Below, in pieces: positions 1 through 8,891 of a stretch of DNA of 64,000 nt. Under the pieces are notes generated by a model, which saw only the letters and a list, made by a program, of their open reading frames with translations, did no database searches and was not told the origin of the DNA. This DNA is from an uncultured Acidimicrobiales bacterium (GTDB taxonomy: Bacteria; Actinomycetota; Acidimicrobiia; Acidimicrobiales; Aldehydirespiratoraceae), in contig CATQHS010000001.1 in the NCBI GenBank assembly GCA_958296055.1, positions 225,917 to 289,916 of the forward strand. The letters run 5' to 3'. Position numbers and translations under genes: made by a program. Positions within the stretch are counted from its first letter, which is position 1; every line of letters begins with the position of its first letter.

Positions 1-359
1 ACCCGTTGCGACAGCAGCTTGTCGCAGATCTGCGTGAGCTCGTCGGATGAGTCGCGGGTCTCCGTCATGATCGGCAGCACCCCCCTCGCCCCGAGGGCGT
101 TGGCGATGCCCCGGAGCACGGGCCCGATGAAGGGGTTGCTGAGGTCGGCCACGATCACGCCGACGACCCCGGTTCGGCCCCGCCGCAGGGCGGACGCCTG
201 AAGGTTCGCCCGGTATCCGAGCCTCTCCGCGGCCTCAAGAACCCGTATTCGGGTCGCAGTGCTCACCAGTGAACTCTTATCGGCGCTGAGCGCCCGAGAG
301 GCAGTCGACACGTCCACGCCAGCGGCGTCGGCCACTTCTCTCAACGTCACGCTTCCCAT
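1..359 (-). CDS. LacI-family transcriptional regulator, N-terminal part (the rest lies outside the window)
   Basis: Not in ORF track because it runs off the edge. Reverse translation from ATG at 359 gives MGSVTLREVADAAGVDVSTASRALS... (LacI/PurR HTH), then GVIVADLSNPF, the start of the sugar-binding fold. Confidence 0.85.
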   Translation of the reverse strand, partial: MGSVTLREVADAAGVDVSTASRALSADKSSLVSTATRIRVLEAAERLGYRANLQASALRRGRTGVVGVIVADLSNPFIGPVLRGIANALGARGVLPIMTETRDSSDELTQICDKLLSQR

Positions 360-494
360 GCCGACACCCTATATGAGACGACATCCACGGCTGAAGTTGG
401 AGCCTCCATAGCGGCGGCGGCTGGGCTCGGGCGGATCATACTCCGCCCGAGCCCAGCCCACGTCTCCTAAGACGCGATCACCGCAGAGGAATGA

Positions 495-1586
495 CTACCA
501 CTCGGGGGCCACGGACGAGTCATCGGCGTTGTCCGCCGTGACTTTGACTGACGGCATGAACTCAACGATCCGCGCGGCGGGGTCGTTGGTCAACACCTGG
601 TGAGCGACGGTGACAGCGTGTTCGCCATCCCACGATGAGGACTGGAAGACCGTTCCGTCCAGCTCTCCCGACACCACCAGCGGGTTGCCGAGGAAGGTGT
701 TGCCGATGGAAGTGATGATCATGTCGGCCGGATCGATACCGCGGGCCTTCAGCGCGTCTATCACTCCGGCGACCATCGTGTCATCGGCGGCATAGGCGCC
801 TTGGATGTTCTCCGCGCCGACCGCGGAGATCATCTCCGAGGCTGCGAGCTGAGAATCGTCCTTGTTCCAGTTGCCCGGCTGCCGGGCCAGGATGGTGACA
901 TTGGCACACTGCTCATTGATCGTGTCCTCGAAGCCGTTCTCACGGTCGATGGCCGTGGAGTTGCCGGTCAGGCCGTTGACCATAATGATGCCGATGTCCT
1001 GTCCATCGGCAAACTCGCACATCAGTTCGCCGGAGGCCGCCCCTTGCCCGTAGGTATCGGGCCCGGAGTAAGCCTCAGTGAGATCCTTGTCCTCGGGGTT
1101 CACATCTGAGTTAGTCACCGTGACGGGAATGCCCGCATCCTTAGCCGCCTCAAGGCACGGACGCACAGTGTCGCCCACGGCTGGCCAGAGAATGATCAGA
1201 TCGGGGTTGGCCGCAACGGCCACCTCGCACTCGCTAGCCTGCTTATCGGCATCGTACTGAGAGTTGGTGATGTTCAGATTGATTCCCAACTCGTCGGCCT
1301 TGGCCATCATCGGAGGCAGATAGGTGGTGCCGTACGGCTGGTCGTTCCCCTGAGGCAACAGCGCGAACACCTCGTATTGTGCCGCCGCTTCAGTCGTTGC
1401 CGCCGCCTCAGTCGTCGTCGCCGTTGACGCGGCCGAGCCGGAACTCGAATCGTCCGAATCGTCGCCGCCGCACGCCGCGAACAGCAACGACGCGGCGACG
1501 ACTAAGCCGAGGCTCAGCACTCTGAAGGGCGTGATTTTCGATTCTTTCCTGTGGTTATCCATTATTTGTTGCCTCCTTAGGGTCAA
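495..1586 (-). CDS. Sugar-type ABC transporter substrate-binding lipoprotein (PBP1/RbsB-like)
   Basis: 363 aa ORF. It has a signal peptide with lipobox LLFAAC-GG and a Thr/Ala/Ser linker, and periplasmic binding protein type 1 similarity throughout. An alternative start at Met9 (1562) is possible. Confidence 0.85.
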   Translation of the reverse strand: MTLRRQQIMDNHRKESKITPFRVLSLGLVVAASLLFAACGGDDSDDSSSGSAASTATTTEAAATTEAAAQYEVFALLPQGNDQPYGTTYLPPMMAKADELGINLNITNSQYDADKQASECEVAVAANPDLIILWPAVGDTVRPCLEAAKDAGIPVTVTNSDVNPEDKDLTEAYSGPDTYGQGAASGELMCEFADGQDIGIIMVNGLTGNSTAIDRENGFEDTINEQCANVTILARQPGNWNKDDSQLAASEMISAVGAENIQGAYAADDTMVAGVIDALKARGIDPADMIITSIGNTFLGNPLVVSGELDGTVFQSSSWDGEHAVTVAHQVLTNDPAARIVEFMPSVKVTADNADDSSVAPEW

Positions 1587-2616
1587 CGCTTGGTTTTGAA
1601 AGGACCGAACCGCCCCGAAGGAAGGAGCGAACGCTCCCCGATACGGCGCGGATGCTGTTGGGGTCAGAGATCACTGCTATGAACAGGACTGACCCGATGA
1701 TGATGTTTTGCACATCGACTTGAACGACCGAGAGGGTGAGGGCAACCTGCAAGATGCCGAGCGACGTCGCTCCGAGCAGGGTTCCGAACACGGAACCGCG
1801 CCCGCCGTTCAGCAGGATGCCACCGACGATTGCCGCCGCGAAGCTCGACAGCAGCACGGTTGAACCTGCGGTCGGGTCGGCGGCCGTGCGCTCGAGGGCG
1901 TTGATCACCCCGGACCCCGCGGCCACTAGCCCCGAGATCATGAACCCGGTGAAGATGCGGCGCCGAACCGGTATGCCGGCGTCGCGGGCGGCCTGACGAT
2001 TGCCTCCGACTGCATAGAACTCTCGGCCCACCCGAACTCGCGTCAAGAACAAGTGCATGACTATGAAGGTGAAAATGAATAGGAGTATTCGGGGAGTGAA
2101 CTCGCCGATCAACGGCTTGCCGAACGAAATGCCTGCATCAATGTTCGACAGTCGGACGGGTTCTTCGTCGGAGATGACGAAGGCCAATCCTCGCAGCAAG
2201 AACAACATGCCCAAGGTGGCTATGAACGAGTTTATCCCTACTACGACGACGAGAAAGGCGTTGGCAGCACCGATCAGAAGACCAACCACTAGTGCGGCGA
2301 TAATACCGAGAGCGAGATTGTCAATGCTGGCCATGACTACGCCAGCTACAGCCAGCGTGCTGGCCACGCTCAGGTCCAACTCACCCATCAATATGACCGC
2401 GGTCAGCCCGAGCGCTACCAGTCCAACCAAGGCAATCCGGCCGAGTGTTACCTGATAAGAGGTAAAGGCCACCGGTTGGGTGATCCATGTGCCGGTAGCC
2501 ACCACGACCAACAAGGCCAAAGCACGCCCTTCGGTCCGACGGGCCAAAATGGTTCGAACCTTGCTGGCAAAGCCGCGGCGCTCTTGTCGGAGAACTAACC
2601 CTTGGGGTCGGGTCAC
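1555..2616 (-). CDS. ABC transporter permease (RbsC/branched sugar permease family)
   Basis: 353 aa multi-pass hydrophobic protein with permease-family similarity. It overlaps neighbouring cistrons in an operon arrangement. Confidence 0.85.
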   Translation of the reverse strand: MTRPQGLVLRQERRGFASKVRTILARRTEGRALALLVVVATGTWITQPVAFTSYQVTLGRIALVGLVALGLTAVILMGELDLSVASTLAVAGVVMASIDNLALGIIAALVVGLLIGAANAFLVVVVGINSFIATLGMLFLLRGLAFVISDEEPVRLSNIDAGISFGKPLIGEFTPRILLFIFTFIVMHLFLTRVRVGREFYAVGGNRQAARDAGIPVRRRIFTGFMISGLVAAGSGVINALERTAADPTAGSTVLLSSFAAAIVGGILLNGGRGSVFGTLLGATSLGILQVALTLSVVQVDVQNIIIGSVLFIAVISDPNSIRAVSGSVRSFLRGGSVLSKPSVDPKEATNNG

Positions 2617-3662
2617 TTTCCCGCCGCCCTTCTAGCTAGGGCATCCACCGACACCGCGGCGGCTATCAGCGCTCCGATCGCCATCTGCTGATAGCCGAAT
2701 CCCAGACCAGATAGCACCATTATGTTTGTGAGAACGCTCACAAACACTACGCCAAGCAGAGTTCTTAGCACACTTCCCTTGCCGCCAAAGACGCTGGTAC
2801 CGCCGACGATGATGGCGGCCAGTGCCTCAAAATCGAACCCGCTCGACATCGCTGACACTGCCGTGTTTGAGAAAGCGGCTAGGACGAACCCGCCAATAGT
2901 AGAACCTAGGGCTGAGATCAAGAAGGCACCGACGACGACTAAAGCGGTGTTGACCCCTGCTAGTCGAGTGGCGTTTCGGTTGGAGCCGTACGACTTGAGC
3001 AGGAATCCAAAAGTTGTTCGATTGAGCAAAAAGTGTAGCCCTATGGCAATTACAACGAGCACAATCATCGACAGCGGGAACGGCCCTATCTCTGTTGTCC
3101 CGAAAGATCTAATGGGTCCGTCACTTGGCCCGAAATATATGCTTCCCCCGCTGGCCCATCGCAAGAGACCTAAGCCTATGAAAGTCGTCGACAAGGTTAC
3201 GATAACGGCGTTGGCTTTGAACACGCCTACGGCAACTCCGTTGACAATGCCGTAGGCAAGAGCAATCAACAGGGCCAACCCTATGGCCATAGGAATATTA
3301 GAGTTATTGCTAACTCCAATGAGGACAACAGCCGCAGTGGCCACTTGCGCCACCACTGAAAGATCGAGATAGTTGGCGCTGATGACCACGAAGGTCATGC
3401 CCACCGCGACGATTCCGATCGGCGCGGCACGGTGGAAGACGTCGGTGATGTTCTCGAGCGAGGCAAAGCCGTCTATGAACAGGGCGGCGATCAGAACCAG
3501 AGCGGCTGTGAAGAAGAATATACCGCGGTTGGCCATCTGTTCGAGGACATGAAGCTTGCGCCGTTTGATGTCCGGGTCGGCCCCGCCGCGGTCGCCGAGA
3601 TCCGCCGTTCGGGCCGCCGCCTCGGAAGTTGTCGTCGCCTCGCCCGAGGCCTCGCTGGTCAT
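2613..3662 (-). CDS. ABC transporter permease (second RbsC-like subunit)
   Basis: 349 aa hydrophobic protein with 4-nt start/stop overlaps on both sides. Confidence 0.85.
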   Translation of the reverse strand: MTSEASGEATTTSEAAARTADLGDRGGADPDIKRRKLHVLEQMANRGIFFFTAALVLIAALFIDGFASLENITDVFHRAAPIGIVAVGMTFVVISANYLDLSVVAQVATAAVVLIGVSNNSNIPMAIGLALLIALAYGIVNGVAVGVFKANAVIVTLSTTFIGLGLLRWASGGSIYFGPSDGPIRSFGTTEIGPFPLSMIVLVVIAIGLHFLLNRTTFGFLLKSYGSNRNATRLAGVNTALVVVGAFLISALGSTIGGFVLAAFSNTAVSAMSSGFDFEALAAIIVGGTSVFGGKGSVLRTLLGVVFVSVLTNIMVLSGLGFGYQQMAIGALIAAAVSVDALARRAAGK

Positions 3663-5215
3663 GCGGCCACGGTCGCCTCGCCCGACGCCAGCGACATCAC
3701 CAGCTTCTCGTCGGCCTCCTCCGCCGTCAGCGTGCCCACGATTCGCCCGTCCCTAAGGATGTGGATGACATCGGACAGCTCGAGGAGCTCGGGCAGGTCC
3801 GAGCTCACCATCAGCACCGCGGCCCCGCCGTCGGCGAGATCTTTGACCAAGCGGTGTATCTCGACCTTGGCCCCCACGTCCACGCCCCGGGTCGGCTCGT
3901 CGAGGACGACGACGTCGGGCCGTCGGCCCAGCCACTTGGCCAGCACCACCTTCTGCTGGTTCCCGCCGCTGAAGTCGCCGACCTCCCGCCGGATCTCCGG
4001 CGGCCTCAGCCCCACAGTCCGGGCCAGGCCCAAGGCGAAGTCCGCGATCTTGCGGAACAGCAGAACGCCGCTGCGCGACAGCCGGCCGCGGTTCGGGAGC
4101 GCGACGTTCTCCGCCACCGTCATGGTCAGGGCCAAACCGTCGGTGCGGCGCTCCTCGGGGACGTAGGCCAGGCCGCCCGCCACCGCGGCCCGGATGCCGG
4201 CGACGCGCCGGGTCCGCCCGCCGGCTGCGACGGTCACCTCGCCGGCGGACCTGAGGTCGGCCCCGATGATCGCCCTCACCAGCTCTGTGCGACCCGCCCC
4301 CACCAGTCCCCCCAGCCCGACGATCTCGCCCGCCCGAACTTCGAGATCGACGCCGTCGACCCCCGGCGCTCTGATCCCTCGGGCCTGCAGCACGACTGCG
4401 CCGGGCTCGGCCGGCACCCGATGGGTCTGGAGGTCGAGCGCGAGTTGGCGGCCGACCATCTGGTCGACGAGATCCTGCGGCCTGGTGTCTGAGATGGCGG
4501 CGGTGTCGACATGCCTTCCGTCCCGCAGGACGGTCACCCGGTCGCAGATGCGGAAGATCTCGGGGATCCGGTGGGAGATGTAGATGATGGCCAGGCCCCG
4601 CCGCGACAGCCGCTGCAGCATGTCGAGCAGGTAGTCGGTCTCGGTCGGCGTCAGCGTCGCCGTCGGCTCGTCGAGGATCAGCACGCGCGGCTTGCGGGCC
4701 ACCGCTCTGGCGATCTCGACGAACTGGCGCAGCGCCACCGACAGCCTCCCGATGGGCTCGTCGAGGTCGACCGACACCCCGATCTCGTCGAGCGCCTCGG
4801 CGGCGATCCGCTTCAGCTCCCCGGTCTTGATGAGCCCCGCCCGGGTCGGCGTGGAGCCGAGAAGGATGTTCTCGGCCACGGTCATCTCCTCCACCAGGCT
4901 GAGCTCCTGGTGCACGAGCGCGATGCCGGCTTCGAGCGCGGCCCGGGTGTCGCCAGCCTTGAGCTCTTCGCCGTCGACGACCACGGCCCCGCGGTCGGGC
5001 GAGAGGATGCCGGCCAGAACGCGCATCAACGTGGACTTGCCCGCGCCGTTCTCCCCTACCAGGCCGTGGATCTCCCCGGGCGGCACGGCCATGCTGACCG
5101 AGTCGACGGCCACCGCCCCGCCGAAGCGCTTGACGATGCCCCGCGCCTCGATGATGGCGTCGCCGGTTCGGGAGGGGTCTTCGGGCAGAGCGTCGCTCTC
5201 GTCCACGACATCCAT
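3659..5215 (-). CDS. Sugar ABC transporter ATP-binding protein (duplicated ATPase, RbsA-like)
   Basis: 518 aa with Walker A GENGAGKST, signature LSGGNQQKV / LSVALRQ and Walker B ILDEPT in two tandem ABC domains. Confidence 0.9.
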   Translation of the reverse strand: MDVVDESDALPEDPSRTGDAIIEARGIVKRFGGAVAVDSVSMAVPPGEIHGLVGENGAGKSTLMRVLAGILSPDRGAVVVDGEELKAGDTRAALEAGIALVHQELSLVEEMTVAENILLGSTPTRAGLIKTGELKRIAAEALDEIGVSVDLDEPIGRLSVALRQFVEIARAVARKPRVLILDEPTATLTPTETDYLLDMLQRLSRRGLAIIYISHRIPEIFRICDRVTVLRDGRHVDTAAISDTRPQDLVDQMVGRQLALDLQTHRVPAEPGAVVLQARGIRAPGVDGVDLEVRAGEIVGLGGLVGAGRTELVRAIIGADLRSAGEVTVAAGGRTRRVAGIRAAVAGGLAYVPEERRTDGLALTMTVAENVALPNRGRLSRSGVLLFRKIADFALGLARTVGLRPPEIRREVGDFSGGNQQKVVLAKWLGRRPDVVVLDEPTRGVDVGAKVEIHRLVKDLADGGAAVLMVSSDLPELLELSDVIHILRDGRIVGTLTAEEADEKLVMSLASGEATVAA

Positions 5216-5280
5216 GGCGTCGCTGGTCCCTCCCTTCCGCGAGCCGGCGTCCTCGCCTGCCGATGCAACCTAGCCATTCT

Positions 5281-5294
5281 TGCAAACGATTGCA
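5281..5294. promoter_or_regulatory. LacI-type operator candidate 1 (TGCAAACGATTGCA)
   Basis: Matches the LacI/PurR-family operator pattern TGNAANCGNTTNCA. It lies in the divergent intergenic region between the ABC operon and the M24 gene, and is part of a perfect 16-bp inverted repeat with 5355-5370. Confidence 0.6.
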
Positions 5295-5357
5295 ACCACT
5301 AAGGCCGAAACGGCTCGGAAAGCGGGCAAATAAGCCGAAAACTAGGCCCTTATAGGT

Positions 5358-5371
5358 TGCAATCGTTTGCG
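5358..5371. promoter_or_regulatory. LacI-type operator candidate 2 (TGCAATCGTTTGCG)
   Basis: Second copy in inverted orientation. GGTTGCAATCGTTTGC at 5355-5370 is the exact reverse complement of GCAAACGATTGCAACC at 5282-5297. Confidence 0.6.
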
Positions 5372-5420
5372 GCTCGCCTAGTATGCCTCGAACCGAACCT
5401 CCGAGAGGAGATCACTGACC

Positions 5421-6671
5421 ATGGCCGAGTTCGCGATTGCGGTGACACCTTCGCCGGGCGGCATGGCCGTCGACTTCGAGCAGCGGGTCGACTTCTCCCG
5501 CCTCCGGGACTACCGGCTCTCCCGGGTCCGGAGCGCGCTTGACGCATCGCCGGCCGGTTCTCTCCTGTGCTTCGACACCAACAACATCCGCTACACGACC
5601 AGCACCCAGATCGGGGAGTGGGCCCGCGACAAGATGACGCGGTACTCCCTGCTCGTCCGAGGCGGCGACCCCATGGTCTGGGACTTCGGCTCCGCCGCCG
5701 CCCACCACCGGGTCTTCGCCCCCTGGCTGAAGCCGGAGAACTGCCGGGCGGGGCTCAACGGCCTGCGGGGGGCCATCCCCCCCGACAACGGGCTCTTCGT
5801 GCGGACGGCCAAAGAGATAGCGGGCATCCTGCGCGAGGCCAGCGCGGCCGACATGCCCCTCGCACTCGACATCGCGGAGCCCCCGATGCTGTTCGCCCTC
5901 CAAGAGGAGGGCATAGACGTGATCGACGGCCAGCAGATCATGCTCGACGCCCGGGAGATCAAGTCCCCCGACGAGATCATGCTGCTGACCACGGCCGCGG
6001 CCATGGTGGACGGCGCCTACCAGATGATCGCCGAGGTCCTCAAGCCCGGCATCCGCGAGAACCAGGTGGTGGCGCTGGTCAACCAGAAGCTGTACGAGCT
6101 CGGCTCGGACGACGTGGAGGCGGTCAACGCCGTCTCGGGCGAGCGTTGCAGCCCCCATCCGCACAATTTCTCAGACCGCATCCTCCGGCCCGGAGACCAG
6201 GCCTTCTTCGACATCATCCAGTCGTTCAACGGCTACCGGACCTGCTACTACCGCACGCTGAACGTCGGACGGGCCACCTCAAGCCAGCACGACGCCTACG
6301 CCAAAGCCAGGGAGTGGATCGACGCGGCGATCGCCATGATCAGGCCGGGGGTGAGCACCAAAGACGTGGCCGAGGGCTTCCCGAGATGCGACGAGTTCGG
6401 GTTCGCCGACGAGTTCGAGGCGTTCGGCCTCCAATTCGGCCACGGGCTCGGGCTCGGGCTCCACGAGCGGCCGATCATCAGCCGCGTCAACTCGCTGGCC
6501 CATCCGATGGAGATCAAAGAGGGCATGGTCTTTGCCCTCGAGACCTATTGCCCGGCGTCCGACGGCGTGTCTGCGGCCAGAATCGAAGAGGAAGTGGTGG
6601 TCACCGCGGGCGGCTGCGACGTGATCACCCTGTTCCCCGCCGAAGAACTGTTCGTCGCCAACCGGTACTGA
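5421..6671 (+). CDS. M24-family metallopeptidase/hydrolase (creatinase / Xaa-Pro dipeptidase fold)
   Basis: 416 aa. It has a creatinase-like N-domain and a pita-bread C-domain with metal-ligand context (FFDIIQSFNGY, HGLGLGLHE, ALETY). The substrate cannot be assigned. Confidence 0.75.
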   Translation: MAEFAIAVTPSPGGMAVDFEQRVDFSRLRDYRLSRVRSALDASPAGSLLCFDTNNIRYTTSTQIGEWARDKMTRYSLLVRGGDPMVWDFGSAAAHHRVFAPWLKPENCRAGLNGLRGAIPPDNGLFVRTAKEIAGILREASAADMPLALDIAEPPMLFALQEEGIDVIDGQQIMLDAREIKSPDEIMLLTTAAAMVDGAYQMIAEVLKPGIRENQVVALVNQKLYELGSDDVEAVNAVSGERCSPHPHNFSDRILRPGDQAFFDIIQSFNGYRTCYYRTLNVGRATSSQHDAYAKAREWIDAAIAMIRPGVSTKDVAEGFPRCDEFGFADEFEAFGLQFGHGLGLGLHERPIISRVNSLAHPMEIKEGMVFALETYCPASDGVSAARIEEEVVVTAGGCDVITLFPAEELFVANRY

Positions 6672-6705
6672 GTCGAACCCGTATCGGCGAGTACCGTTCC
6701 CGCCC

Positions 6706-7770
6706 ATGACCACGATGGTCTCCCACGAGGAGTACGGCCGCCAACCGCCCGTCCGCCCGGCCCCGGTGGACCCGTCCAACGCCGAGCTGCCCATCGACCT
6801 CGACATGCGCCTGCGGCTCTACCGGCTGCAGCAGGAGATGCGGCTGTTCGAGAAGCGGGTACATGACCTGTTCCTCCGAGGCCTGGTGAAGGGAACCAGC
6901 CACCTCTCCATCGGCCAAGAGGCGGTGGCCGCCGGGTTCGGGGCGGCCATGCGGCCCGACGACTGGACCTTCGCCACCTACCGGGGCCACGCCCACACCC
7001 TGGCCCGGGGGGTGCCCATGGGGCCGGTGATGGCCGAGCTGCTGGGACGGGCCGACGGCCTGATGGCGGGCAAGGGCGGGTCGATGCACCTCACCAGCGT
7101 CGACCACGGGGTCATGGGCAGCTACGCCATTATCGGCGCCCACCTGTGCGTGGCCAACGGCGCGGCCTGGACCGCCCAATACCACGGCACCGAGCAGGTG
7201 GCGGTGGCCTTCTTCGGCGACGGCACCACCAACATCGGCGCCTTCCACGAAGCCCTCAACTTCGCCAAGGTGTGGAACCTGCCGACCGTGTTCGTCTGCG
7301 AGAACAACCTGTACATGGAGTACACCCCCATCGATCAGGTCACCGCGGTGGCCGACCCCGCCGCCGGCCGGGCCGCGGCCTATGGGCTCGACCCGATCCT
7401 CATCGACGGCAACGACGCCGACGCGGTGTACACCGCGGCCGCCGCCGCCCTCGGCCGGGCCCGCGGCGGGGAGGGCCCCTCGCTCATCGAGGCGGTGACC
7501 TACCGGCACGGCGGCCACAGCCGGGCCGACCCCGGCACGTACCGGCCCCAAGAGGAGGTCGAGGCCTGGCTCGAACGCGATCCGATCCCCATGTACCACC
7601 AGCGGCTGCTCCGCCTGGGCGTCGATGAGGGGGATCTGAGCGTCATCGTTGCCAAGGCCGCCGCCGCGGTGGACGCCGCCGCCCAACAGGCCGTCGACGG
7701 GCCGGACCCGGACCCGGCCTCGCTCCACACCGACGTGTGGGCCGACGGAGGCTCCTCATGGCGCAACTGA
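6706..7770 (+). CDS. Thiamine-diphosphate-dependent 2-oxoacid/acetoin dehydrogenase E1 alpha subunit
   Basis: 354 aa with the TPP-binding motif GDGTTNIGAFHEALNFAKVWNLPTVFVCENN and YRGH/YRHGGHS motifs typical of E1 alpha. Confidence 0.85.
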   Translation: MTTMVSHEEYGRQPPVRPAPVDPSNAELPIDLDMRLRLYRLQQEMRLFEKRVHDLFLRGLVKGTSHLSIGQEAVAAGFGAAMRPDDWTFATYRGHAHTLARGVPMGPVMAELLGRADGLMAGKGGSMHLTSVDHGVMGSYAIIGAHLCVANGAAWTAQYHGTEQVAVAFFGDGTTNIGAFHEALNFAKVWNLPTVFVCENNLYMEYTPIDQVTAVADPAAGRAAAYGLDPILIDGNDADAVYTAAAAALGRARGGEGPSLIEAVTYRHGGHSRADPGTYRPQEEVEAWLERDPIPMYHQRLLRLGVDEGDLSVIVAKAAAAVDAAAQQAVDGPDPDPASLHTDVWADGGSSWRN

Positions 7771-7837
7771 CCCGCCCCGGGACCGGCGGCGGGCCGGTCC
7801 GCTGCCGGGGCCGCCGCCGAGCGGATGGAGGCTCGTC

Positions 7838-8815
7838 ATGGCGGAGATGACCTACCGCGAGGCGGTGGCCGCGGGCATCGCCCAGGAGATGGACAACGAC
7901 CCCAGCGTCGTCTTCCTGGGCGAGGACGTGGCCGGGGCCGGGGGCGTGTTCAAGACCACCGTCGGGCTGCTGGAGCGCTTCGGGCCCGAGCGGGTCCGCG
8001 ACGCCCCCATCTCCGAGCAGGCCATCCTGGGCGCGGCCATGGGCGCGGCCATGACCGGCCTGCGGCCCATCGCCGAGATCATGTTCAGCGACTTCTTGGC
8101 CGTGTGCTGGGACATGACGGCCAACCAGATCGCCAAGGCCCGGTACATGGCCGCCGGGCAGTTGGCGCTGCCGCTGGTGATCCGCACCGCCAACGGCGGC
8201 GGGTCCCGGTTCGGGGCCCAGCACTCCCAGAGCGTCGAGAGCTGGGCCATGTCCGTGCCCGGCCTCAAGGTGGCGGCCCCCTCCACCGCGGAAGACGTGA
8301 TCGGCCTGCTGGCCGCGGCGGTGCGCGACCCCGATCCGGTCGTCTTCTTCGAGCACAAGTCCTGCTACCCCATGAAGTTCGACGTGGCCGACCGGGGCGG
8401 CGACATCGTTGACGAACTGGGCCGGGCCAAGGTGGTGCGGGCCGGCGCGGACGTGACCATCGCCGCCCTGGGCCTCATGGTCCACCGGGCCTCAGAAGCG
8501 GCCGACCGGCTAGCAGCCGAGGGCATCGACGCCGAGGTCATCGACCTCCGCTCGCTGGTACCCCTCGACACCGAGACGCTGCTGGCGTCGGTGGCCAAGA
8601 CCAGCCGGCTCTTCACCGTGGAGGAGAACCCCCGACTGTGCGGCTGGGGAGCCGAGATCACGTCGATCGCCGCCGAGGAGGCCTTCTGGGACCTCGACGG
8701 CCCCATCGTGCGCATCACCACCCCGCACGTGCCGCTCCCCGCAGCCGACTCGCTCGAAGACGCCGCCCTCCCCACCGCCGAGCGCATCGCCGAGACCGTC
8801 CGCCGGGCGCAATGA
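7838..8815 (+). CDS. 2-oxoacid/acetoin dehydrogenase E1 beta subunit
   Basis: Homology starts at MAEMTYREAVAAGIAQEM (ATG 7838). The upstream 63 codons of ORF 7649..8815 are Pro/Arg-rich and overlap E1 alpha, so I trimmed them. Confidence 0.85.
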   Translation: MAEMTYREAVAAGIAQEMDNDPSVVFLGEDVAGAGGVFKTTVGLLERFGPERVRDAPISEQAILGAAMGAAMTGLRPIAEIMFSDFLAVCWDMTANQIAKARYMAAGQLALPLVIRTANGGGSRFGAQHSQSVESWAMSVPGLKVAAPSTAEDVIGLLAAAVRDPDPVVFFEHKSCYPMKFDVADRGGDIVDELGRAKVVRAGADVTIAALGLMVHRASEAADRLAAEGIDAEVIDLRSLVPLDTETLLASVAKTSRLFTVEENPRLCGWGAEITSIAAEEAFWDLDGPIVRITTPHVPLPAADSLEDAALPTAERIAETVRRAQ

Positions 8816-8891
8816 ACCCCACGAACGGCGACCTCTCGGACTCCCCGACCGACTACCCGGCCAGCCGCCTCGCCGGCCTCCCGACCGGCCA

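Noticed and set aside
3753-5285. 510-aa minus-strand ORF overlapping the ABC ATPase gene. The same class includes 5412..6164, 5567..6709, 6625..7728, 7643..8485, 8942..10444, 9591..10646, 20013..21896, 21807..23204, 22966..24204, 26021..27502, 32427..34223, 36674..37528, 40386..41885 and 43326..44894.
   Set aside because: These are alternative-frame or antisense ORFs with extreme Arg/Pro/Gly/Ala composition and no recognisable motifs. They overlap frames that have clear family signatures, the typical long spurious ORFs of ~70% GC DNA.
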